Origin: Candidatus Saccharimonadota bacterium
Lineage (GTDB): Bacteria; Patescibacteriota; Saccharimonadia; Saccharimonadales; EFPC-124
Assembly: GCA_016880595.1 (NCBI GenBank)
Contig: JAEHDC010000018.1
Coordinates: 1-47,140, forward strand
Direction: 5' to 3'
DNA length: 47,140 nucleotides
A program made the translations under genes and the position numbers. The notes beneath the pieces are model-generated. The model worked only from the letters and a program-made list of their open reading frames with translations, searched no databases and was not told the DNA's origin. Below are positions 35,228 to 43,213 of this stretch, piece by piece (the first letter of the stretch is position 1; every line of letters starts with the position of its first letter).

Positions 35228-35797
35228 ATGATGACTAAAAAAGACATAATAGCATTACCAAATCCACATTTACGGCAAAAATCTCAGCGTGTACACATAA
35301 TAACGCCAGAGATAGAAAAACTAATAACAAACATGCAATCCGCCACTTTGGATTGGGAAGATAGTCGCCCACACGAGCTTGGCGTCGCCCTTGCTGCAGT
35401 CCAGGTAGACGAGCTTAAGCGCGTTATAATCATAAGAAATGACTTTGATGATAAAGACGACCGTACTTTTATGGCTCTAATCAATCCAGAAATTATTAAG
35501 CATGAAGGTAAAACACTCTACGATCATGAGGGCTGTTTAAGCGTGCCTGATATATATGGGTATGTTCCTCGTTCCAGCAAGATTAGAGTGCGAGCGCTTA
35601 ATGAAAAAGGTCATGAAGTTCGCATAAAAGCCGACGGTTTTTTGGCTAGGATTCTCCAGCACGAAATAGATCACACAAATGGCGTTGTCTTTATTGACCA
35701 CATCAAGAATCAAGATGCATTCTTTTCATTAACAGATGACGGTAAGCTAGAAAAAATTGACCATGACAAGATTGCCAAAAATAGTATTCTTTGGTAG
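35228..35797 (+). CDS. def: Peptide deformylase
   Basis: Contains GVALAAVQV, EGCLSVP and QHEIDHTNG. Confidence 0.95.
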   Translation: MMTKKDIIALPNPHLRQKSQRVHIITPEIEKLITNMQSATLDWEDSRPHELGVALAAVQVDELKRVIIIRNDFDDKDDRTFMALINPEIIKHEGKTLYDHEGCLSVPDIYGYVPRSSKIRVRALNEKGHEVRIKADGFLARILQHEIDHTNGVVFIDHIKNQDAFFSLTDDGKLEKIDHDKIAKNSILW

Positions 35798-36641
35798 TGG
35801 GCCCGTTGCCTGCTCAACCCTACAAGGCATTCTGCCCTATTTTGATATTGAAGCAATAGTTACCAAGCCGCGCGCTGATGGTTTTCGAGGCAGCGTGCCG
35901 GTTCTTGAATTTGCTCAAAAAAACAACGTACCGTTTTACACTCCGCGCACAAAAAATGAGCTTACAGATCTATTTGCAAGCAAAAAATTTTCTAGCCAAG
36001 TTGGGCTAGTCGTTGATTATGGTATCATAATAAGCCTTGCTGTTATAAATAGCTTTCCAAAAGGCATTGTCAATAGTCACTTCTCTCTGCTGCCAGAGTG
36101 GCGTGGTGCTGATCCAATTACTTTTAGTGTTTTAAGCGGCCAGGAAGAAACTGGGGTGAGCTTGATGCTTATCAATGAGAAGCTCGATGAGGGCGAATTA
36201 ATTCTACAATCACCGCATAAATTAACACGCGACATAACAACACCTGAGCTCACCAATCAATTAACGACCCTGAGCAACAGGCTACTAGTAGAAAACTTGC
36301 CCAAATATATTTGTGGCGAATTAAAAATTTATCCTCAGCCCAATACGCCCATAAGCTATTCGCGTAAACTAAATAAAGATGATGGCGCGCTTGATATAAA
36401 TAAGTCAGCAATACAGCTCGAGCGTGAAGTTCGCGCTTTTGCCGGTTGGCCAAAAAGCAAAATTAATTTATTTGGACACAATGTTATCGTAAAAAAGGCG
36501 CGCGTAGCTGAAAGCAAAACTGACGGAGCACTTGTAATTTCTTGTGCCAACAATTCTTACCTTGAAATCATACAGCTCACAGCCCCATCTGGACGCACAA
36601 TGTCTGGAGCAGATTTCTTGCGCGGATACAAAAAAGGTTAA
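35763..36641 (+). CDS. fmt: Methionyl-tRNA formyltransferase
   Basis: IVFFGSGPVA and NSHFSLLPEWRGADPI are present. ATG 35763 is preferred over the track's TTG at 35757. The gene overlaps def by 35 nt. Confidence 0.9.
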   Translation: MTRLPKIVFFGSGPVACSTLQGILPYFDIEAIVTKPRADGFRGSVPVLEFAQKNNVPFYTPRTKNELTDLFASKKFSSQVGLVVDYGIIISLAVINSFPKGIVNSHFSLLPEWRGADPITFSVLSGQEETGVSLMLINEKLDEGELILQSPHKLTRDITTPELTNQLTTLSNRLLVENLPKYICGELKIYPQPNTPISYSRKLNKDDGALDINKSAIQLEREVRAFAGWPKSKINLFGHNVIVKKARVAESKTDGALVISCANNSYLEIIQLTAPSGRTMSGADFLRGYKKG

Positions 36642-36949
36642 TCTTCCAAAGCTAAAATCTGGTCTTTATTGGCCATAATCTCTTCGCGCAACCTAGCAGT
36701 CTCATCATCAACTACCAATTTATAATTTGGACAGTTTTTCTCGAGCCATTGAAGCGCACCATCCTCATCTTGCGAATCAATAAGTTTTTCAAAATCTATT
36801 AGCAACGACTCACTTAAACCTTGAGCTAGCTTAGACCCAACTCTTGTCTCCAAAGTTTCTCTTAAATAATCCAAAAAATCGTCCTTCTGTTCCTTGGACA
36901 TCTTATCTAAACCCACTTCAATCAAAAACGATTCATTTAATACAACCAT
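36638..36949 (-). CDS. Small helical hypothetical protein, paralog A (103 aa)
   Basis: TGcTATAAT lies 9 nt upstream of ATG 36949. The protein aligns by eye with the divergent neighbour. It may belong to a small DUF family common in Patescibacteria, but this is unverified. Confidence 0.6.
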   Translation of the reverse strand: MVVLNESFLIEVGLDKMSKEQKDDFLDYLRETLETRVGSKLAQGLSESLLIDFEKLIDSQDEDGALQWLEKNCPNYKLVVDDETARLREEIMANKDQILALED

Positions 36950-36958
36950 AATAAAAAC

Positions 36959-36967
36959 ATTATAGCA
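36959..36967 (-). promoter_or_regulatory. Extended -10 (TGcTATAAT) 9 nt upstream of ATG 36949
   Basis: The minus strand reads aaaaaTGcTATAATgtttttattATG. Confidence 0.5.
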
Positions 36968-36984
36968 TTTTTCAAAAAATGCTA
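36963..36984. promoter_or_regulatory. 22-bp palindrome TAGCATTTTT-ca-AAAAATGCTA in the divergent intergenic region
   Basis: The 10-nt arms are perfect. The left arm overlaps the extended -10 of paralog A. Confidence 0.4.
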
Positions 36985-37002
36985 ATACGCACAATTACTT
37001 TA

Positions 37003-37011
37003 TGGTACAAT
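37003..37011 (+). promoter_or_regulatory. Extended -10 (TGgTACAAT) for paralog B and the giant-gene operon
   Basis: It lies 27 nt upstream of ATG 37039, which has an AAGGA SD. Confidence 0.45.
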
Positions 37012-37038
37012 TATAAGCAAAAGCAGTTAAGGACAATT

Positions 37039-37344
37039 ATGCTACAAGACAGCCAAGCCGCAAATCAATTTATCGATAAGATTATTGAAGAAAAGAATCT
37101 ACAAGATCTAGATGCAGAGGTTCATAAACAACTGCATAATGACCTTATGCGCCGCCTTGAGGACCGTATCAATCATGCAATCATCAACTCCTTGAACAAT
37201 AAACAGGCTACTCAACTTGAGCATTTAATTGATACTCAACAAATAGATAAAATACAAAGCTTTTTGAAAAAAGAAGGTATAAATGTTAATGGAATTATTG
37301 CTGGCACAATGAGTAAATTTTACTCTGACTATCTTGGAGCATAA
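37039..37344 (+). CDS. Small helical hypothetical protein, paralog B (101 aa)
   Basis: AAGGA SD lies 7 nt upstream of ATG 37039, and TGgTACAAT lies at 37003-37011. The stop is 1 nt before the start of the giant gene. Confidence 0.6.
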   Translation: MLQDSQAANQFIDKIIEEKNLQDLDAEVHKQLHNDLMRRLEDRINHAIINSLNNKQATQLEHLIDTQQIDKIQSFLKKEGINVNGIIAGTMSKFYSDYLGA

Positions 37345-37345
37345 A

Positions 37346-40300
37346 ATGTCAACAATAACAGCTCCTCGACCCTCTTCAATTGACACCAACTTGCCCGGCT
37401 CAGAATACGTCCATGAAGGACGTCTTAAAATTGTTATAGCTGGCCTCGATAAGAATGTCCGCAATGAAGCAGCCAGAACAGCAAATGATGTACTTAAAGA
37501 TAAAACCAGCGGTGGCGGCAACTTTTTATCCTTTCTACGAAATATTAAAGACCGGCAGTTTACTGAGGCAGGTAGAGATATCCGTTCTTTTGGGCGTCGC
37601 TTGCGATATGGCACTCTTGGCCAAGAATATTATCAAAACAAGTATCGGCAGGAAAAAGAAAAAGAAATAGTTGAGCGTGGCGATTTTAAAGATCGTTATG
37701 GCGAAGATTATGAATCGCAAATTACAATGCGCTTTGCTCATGAATTCGACGACCTTGTTCATACAGAAGCTGGTGAGCGGCGTACTAAATTAGACTTCGA
37801 AACAAACCCAGATGGTACTACCAACGAAAAAGGCGTTAAGCTTAAAGAAAACTTATTTGGTCTTATAAAAGAAGCTACGCTTGGAGGCTTTGATGACGAG
37901 AGTGGCAATCTTAATGAAGAGTCTTTTAATGAAGAAAAGAAGCGTGTAATTACCGAATCTGCAAACGACGGCCTAACCGAAGACTATATTGGCGCAAGCA
38001 TGCTCTGGGCCGACAATATATTACAGATAGTTAATCATAGCCGGGCTGCAATTCTATCTCAAAACATTACTGATGAAGCCGAGAAAACGGCTGCGATAGA
38101 AAATATGTTTGAGAATACTGATATAATCCTTGGTGAAGCTAGACTCGGCGCCAGAGGCGAAGTTAAAAAAACAGCTGCCGAGCGTATTAGTGAAAAACTT
38201 AGTAAATGCGACTGGCTAAATGAAGAAACCGTTGCAACGTCCGCTGCAGTCGCCCTTACAGCCGCCTCTTTCGCTGTAAAACGCGGCGCTAGCAGATTAG
38301 CTGCCTCGATTGCCGTACCCGGCGTTACTGGCGGCGTATGGGCGGCCAAACGCGAATATGTAAAGCTCGATGAAGAACGGACTGATATCGCACGCAAAAT
38401 GGCCACCGGCGAAGTTGACATGCAGAGCCTATCTGGACGTACTGCCGAACTTGCAAAAACAGTCTACGAGACTAGATCCGCAAGCGAGCTTAAGGACCAA
38501 ATTAGCGTTCTTTACAACGATGATGGCGAACTTCGCATTGACGATGCCGATCATTTTAAAGAAGCAATATCAATAATAGCCGAGATACAGGCTCGCAATC
38601 GTCTATCCGATCAAAAAGACATCAACCTTATAAGCTATTCTTCTGTCGAGATGGTTGAAAAGGAGCGTTTTGAGCTTGATCTAGCCTTAGCAAAATCAAA
38701 AACCGACATTCAAAAGCTGCTATCCAGCTCATCTGATACCGAACTTAAAGCTTTTGGCCTCGGGGATGAAACTATTGCTGAGCTAAAAAAACCAGACGCA
38801 AACATTCTAAACGTTATTATGGAGCCGCAAATTGAAGGCGCTCAAGGTGTAATGGAAGCTGCAATTGAACGCCTGCAGATTGGCGAAGAAGCTAATGACG
38901 AAGAAAGCATTAATGCACGCGATCGCCTATTTAATAAAATGCGTCGTTCAGAAGTGATGAAGGCTTTTCTTAAGGGCACGGCCATCGGATCTTTTCTCGG
39001 TTTATTTGCCCAAGAAGTCGTCACTTCCGTAGAAGCGGCCGCCGGCGAAAGCACCTCTAGCCTGCTTATAGAAAATCAAGGTGCTACCAAAGAGTCCTGG
39101 CTTAGAAGCGTTCTAGACCATGGCAATGGCGCGCTAGACCATGGAAATTATGAGTATGTTGCAAATGCCAATCCAGAAAATACAATTCTTGTTAACGATG
39201 AGACCAAAATTGTGCTGCCAGATGGCTTTACAATTGAGCCAAGCGCTGACGGAACAGAGGCCATCTTAAGCGGCAACGGCGTAAATATTGAGCACCTTAA
39301 GCTTACTAGTCAAGGCACGCTTACAGATGAGTCGCTTAATCAATTACACGAAGCTGGCTTTAGCACAGAAGTTAGCGCCAACCAAATATCAGAAGACGTC
39401 GACCGTCAGGTTGCTGGCGAATCTGCAAGGGATTTTATAGACAATCATAGCGACGAAGCCGTTACAGTAAAACGTGATTTCTGGTACGACAATGACACTA
39501 CAAGCATCTACGAAGGTAGTGAGTTAGACCTACAGGATCCCGTCATACAATCTGATGGGAGCATAAATATAAGCATAAGCGGTATAAAGGAAAGCGGTAC
39601 GCATGCCGGAAATTATGCCGAATTAAAAGAATTAGCAAAAAACGGCGAACTTAAAATTGCCCTGTCGCTCTCCAAAGGAACTCAATCTGAGGTTTTCCTG
39701 TTTAACGTTGATGAAAATGGCAACGCAATCATACCAAGCGATAGCCCCTGCACCGATCTATTCAACAAAGGTGAAAATGGCCAGTTGAGCTTTGACGGTC
39801 AATATACAGAGGTTGTACAAGTTCACGGCATTGATGAAAACGGTATTACTCATATCAGCCCATTCGCAACTAACATTGGCTCGAATTTAAATAGCTTTGA
39901 TGATACCGTCACAGATAAGGTGACCTACAATTCTACAACATACACGCTTAACCTTACTGAAAATGTTCCTGGGACTGAAGTTGAAGCTAAGACAATAATA
40001 CCATCAGCACTTCCATTAAATACACGTCGCGGACTAGAATATACCGATGCCAACAAAGCAACACCTATAGAGAGCTACTACTTCAGCAACATCGCAGAGG
40101 ATCGTCGTAGAATATGGGCCGAAAATCGCTCACCACGATTACAGGAAAAACCGAATACCCTACTAAATACAGGCGAGGAGCTAAAATGGTATCGCGATGA
40201 ACTCAAACAATTTGACGAAGAATATATCAAAGAGATTGACGGACATCTAAAAGGTAATGAGGATGTCCTGAGGAGGCTGGACTCAAATATTACAGCAGAA

Positions 40301-41398
40301 GTCTGCATTTCAGTTGCCGCAGCAGAAGATTCAGAAAGCATCTACGACACCCTCGTTCAATATGCCCAACAAGATACTGAATCACAAAAATCTACAATGT
40401 TCTTCCTAAACATTCATTGGATGGAACGGCTCGAAAGCGACCCAGAGCAAATGTCTAAAATTCAAAAAACTTTTACGGAAATAGAGCAAGCAATGAGTGA
40501 TTTTCCAAATTTAAACATAGTAGGGTTTGAAACAGTCTGGCCGGATGAACTGATACAATCACTCCACGATGTAAACGATCTCTACGATGAGTCTACTAAA
40601 CGATTATATGACACCGCTGCGCTTGCTACAGAACAAGCGATTCGTAAAGGTCATCGTACCAATAGAGCTGGAGCAATTATTATTAATAGCGACGTCGGTG
40701 CTACGAATTTGGGTCACAATCTTATAAGAAACTTTGTAAAAGAAGCTAACCGACATCCTAGAATAGATGTTTTCTCTACGATTGACAGGGATGAACAAAG
40801 CGGATTGCCGACGGCTTCAGGCTTTAGGTTATCGGCTTACGCAGCAACTGGCGGGTCTTTATACCTATCAGACATGAGCATTAACATCAATGGCGCTATT
40901 GACCAACTTATTGCGGCAGCCCGTCAAGGAGATTCACTTCATCAATCAGCCGATCAAAATGATAATCGACAAACAAACAACGACACCCAGGAAGAACCTC
41001 ATAATAACGAGCAAGCTCAAGTTGAAAATAATGCGCCTGCAAACAATCAACCCAGTACTAGCGGCGCTCCGCAACAGTTGGCACTGTCAAGTGGTACAAC
41101 AAACAATCCATATCAACTCGCAATTACTCAAGCATTGGCCAATATCAATCCTAATGATGAGCTAGATGAAATTACAGCCCAAAAGCCAAACGGAGAAGGT
41201 GGTACTATCTACGCCGATTTCGCATACAACAATCGAAAGATTAATGGCTATTTTTACTTTACTGGATATGATAATGATATGGACCACCTTATTTTTGAAC
41301 CACATAATAATCCCGGCCAAACAGAATTTATCATAGGCCGAGAAAAAGCGTTGTCATTAATAGGAAGCGGTCGGATTATCAAGCATTTACAGAGATAG
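37346..41398 (+). CDS. Giant (1350 aa) multi-domain hypothetical membrane protein
   Basis: The ORF is an uninterrupted 4053 nt, with GGAG 6 nt upstream of ATG 37346. It has three hydrophobic segments and a Q/N-rich linker. No family was recognised. Confidence 0.8.
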   Translation: MSTITAPRPSSIDTNLPGSEYVHEGRLKIVIAGLDKNVRNEAARTANDVLKDKTSGGGNFLSFLRNIKDRQFTEAGRDIRSFGRRLRYGTLGQEYYQNKYRQEKEKEIVERGDFKDRYGEDYESQITMRFAHEFDDLVHTEAGERRTKLDFETNPDGTTNEKGVKLKENLFGLIKEATLGGFDDESGNLNEESFNEEKKRVITESANDGLTEDYIGASMLWADNILQIVNHSRAAILSQNITDEAEKTAAIENMFENTDIILGEARLGARGEVKKTAAERISEKLSKCDWLNEETVATSAAVALTAASFAVKRGASRLAASIAVPGVTGGVWAAKREYVKLDEERTDIARKMATGEVDMQSLSGRTAELAKTVYETRSASELKDQISVLYNDDGELRIDDADHFKEAISIIAEIQARNRLSDQKDINLISYSSVEMVEKERFELDLALAKSKTDIQKLLSSSSDTELKAFGLGDETIAELKKPDANILNVIMEPQIEGAQGVMEAAIERLQIGEEANDEESINARDRLFNKMRRSEVMKAFLKGTAIGSFLGLFAQEVVTSVEAAAGESTSSLLIENQGATKESWLRSVLDHGNGALDHGNYEYVANANPENTILVNDETKIVLPDGFTIEPSADGTEAILSGNGVNIEHLKLTSQGTLTDESLNQLHEAGFSTEVSANQISEDVDRQVAGESARDFIDNHSDEAVTVKRDFWYDNDTTSIYEGSELDLQDPVIQSDGSINISISGIKESGTHAGNYAELKELAKNGELKIALSLSKGTQSEVFLFNVDENGNAIIPSDSPCTDLFNKGENGQLSFDGQYTEVVQVHGIDENGITHISPFATNIGSNLNSFDDTVTDKVTYNSTTYTLNLTENVPGTEVEAKTIIPSALPLNTRRGLEYTDANKATPIESYYFSNIAEDRRRIWAENRSPRLQEKPNTLLNTGEELKWYRDELKQFDEEYIKEIDGHLKGNEDVLRRLDSNITAEVCISVAAAEDSESIYDTLVQYAQQDTESQKSTMFFLNIHWMERLESDPEQMSKIQKTFTEIEQAMSDFPNLNIVGFETVWPDELIQSLHDVNDLYDESTKRLYDTAALATEQAIRKGHRTNRAGAIIINSDVGATNLGHNLIRNFVKEANRHPRIDVFSTIDRDEQSGLPTASGFRLSAYAATGGSLYLSDMSININGAIDQLIAAARQGDSLHQSADQNDNRQTNNDTQEEPHNNEQAQVENNAPANNQPSTSGAPQQLALSSGTTNNPYQLAITQALANINPNDELDEITAQKPNGEGGTIYADFAYNNRKINGYFYFTGYDNDMDHLIFEPHNNPGQTEFIIGREKALSLIGSGRIIKHLQR

Positions 41399-41403
41399 GC
41401 ATC

Positions 41404-43173
41404 TTATAGATTTCGCTTCTTAAGCTCTCTCCTAAACAACTCCAGTTGGTCACCTTCTTGCAGTAGAAGCTTGCCTCTTGTCTTTAATTGCAAGCCACAC
41501 ATGTCGCCCTCAAAAGCTTCTTTAACCTCTTGCTGCTGACGTTGGACTTTGCCAACCTCAGCTTCTGCAATTTGTTCATTTTTCCTCTTTACGCGAACCA
41601 GTAAATTCGGTTCAATTTTTCCAGAAGTGACTTCTCCACCACATATAACTTCATCTTTTGAAGTGCGGAATATGCCCTTTATAGTAAGCTTGCCGAGTTC
41701 CGTCTCAACAACTTCAGGAGCTAATAAATCTTCGAGTGTCTTCTTGGCGTCATCAATTAACTCATATATGATCTTAAACAATCGAACAGGAACTTTATCT
41801 CTTTGGGCTAAATGCTTAACAGCCGGAGGAAGCTGTACATTAAAACCATAAATTATAGCATCCGAACTTTGCGCCATACGAACGTCATTCTCTGATATAC
41901 TACCAATACCACTACTTATTATTCTTGGCGCAACCTCATCGCTCTCAAGCAGCTTCAGGCTATCTGCGACAGATGTGAGTGATCCCTGTACGTCAGCTCG
42001 CAAAATAACATTAACGAGTTGCTTCTCTTTTCGTCTCTTCATAAGCTGCAATAAGTCTGTGCTAGAAATTGCCGACGTCTGAATACTTTCCTTTACTTCA
42101 GTGTGATGCTTTACTGCCAAATTGCGTGCGTCCTTTTCTGTAAGCACAGACACAAAACGATCTCCGAATTGCGGAATATCTTTGAACCCAGTTACGGTTG
42201 CCGGCGTTGACGGACCAGCCTCCTTAAGTGATTTGCCAGCGAAGTCCTGCAAAGTTCTAACTTTAGCATAAGTATCGCCAGCAACCAAAAACGTTCCAGG
42301 CTTGAGCTTGCCGTTTTCAACTAACATACTTACAACCGCACCACGCCCCTGTTCCATGTGTGATTCAATAACCAAACCCTCTGCCGCACCAGTTGTCTCA
42401 GCTCTTAGCTCCTCAAAGTCAGCTACAAGCAAAATCATTTCCAGTAACTTATCAAGGTTTTGTTTTGTTTTTGCCGAAACCTCAACCATGACCGTATCTC
42501 CGCCCCACTCTTCTGGAGTGAGATTATGATCGGTAGCGAGCTGGGTTTTTACACGATTTACATCGGCTTCTGGTTTATCAATTTTATTAATTGCAACAAT
42601 AATCTTTGCATTGGCTTGTTGAGCAAACTTAATAGCTTCAATGGTTTGTGGCTTCACACCATCATCAGCTGCAACAACAATCACCACTACGTCCGTTAAA
42701 GCTGCGCCATGTTGTCTAAGCGCACTAAATGCCTCATGACCTGGAGTATCAAGCAATGTGATCTTGCGGCCGTTATATTCAGTTTGATAGGCGGCGATAT
42801 GCTGCGTTATGCCACCGGCCTCGCCACTTGCAACTTTCATATTTAAAATCGCATCTAGCAAGCTAGTCTTTCCGTGGTCTACATGCCCCATAACTGCCAC
42901 GATAGGCGGGCGGCTGCTGGCGTCCTTGCTCAAGGCACGTGTCTTACGATCTAAACTACTCTTTTCTTCAGCCTCTTTTTGCTTTAGGACAACCTCAAGA
43001 CCAAGCTCATCAACGATAATCTGCGCAGTCTCAAGATCAATACGTTGATTAATTGTGGCCATAATTCCATTTTTAAACAATTCACCTATAAGCTTCGTAA
43101 CTGGCAAATCCAATTGAGCCGCCAGCTCTCCAACGGTAATCATGCCTGGGACCACAAGTATTTTTTGGGCCAT
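41404..43173 (-). CDS. infB: Translation initiation factor IF-2 (short N-terminus)
   Basis: G-domain motifs GHVDHGKTSLLD, DTPGH and NKID are present. AAGGAGA SD upstream. Confidence 0.95.
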   Translation of the reverse strand: MAQKILVVPGMITVGELAAQLDLPVTKLIGELFKNGIMATINQRIDLETAQIIVDELGLEVVLKQKEAEEKSSLDRKTRALSKDASSRPPIVAVMGHVDHGKTSLLDAILNMKVASGEAGGITQHIAAYQTEYNGRKITLLDTPGHEAFSALRQHGAALTDVVVIVVAADDGVKPQTIEAIKFAQQANAKIIVAINKIDKPEADVNRVKTQLATDHNLTPEEWGGDTVMVEVSAKTKQNLDKLLEMILLVADFEELRAETTGAAEGLVIESHMEQGRGAVVSMLVENGKLKPGTFLVAGDTYAKVRTLQDFAGKSLKEAGPSTPATVTGFKDIPQFGDRFVSVLTEKDARNLAVKHHTEVKESIQTSAISSTDLLQLMKRRKEKQLVNVILRADVQGSLTSVADSLKLLESDEVAPRIISSGIGSISENDVRMAQSSDAIIYGFNVQLPPAVKHLAQRDKVPVRLFKIIYELIDDAKKTLEDLLAPEVVETELGKLTIKGIFRTSKDEVICGGEVTSGKIEPNLLVRVKRKNEQIAEAEVGKVQRQQQEVKEAFEGDMCGLQLKTRGKLLLQEGDQLELFRRELKKRNL

Positions 43174-43213
43174 GATCTGTCTCCTTTCTGGCGGCTCTCA
43201 GGGAGCCTGTTAA

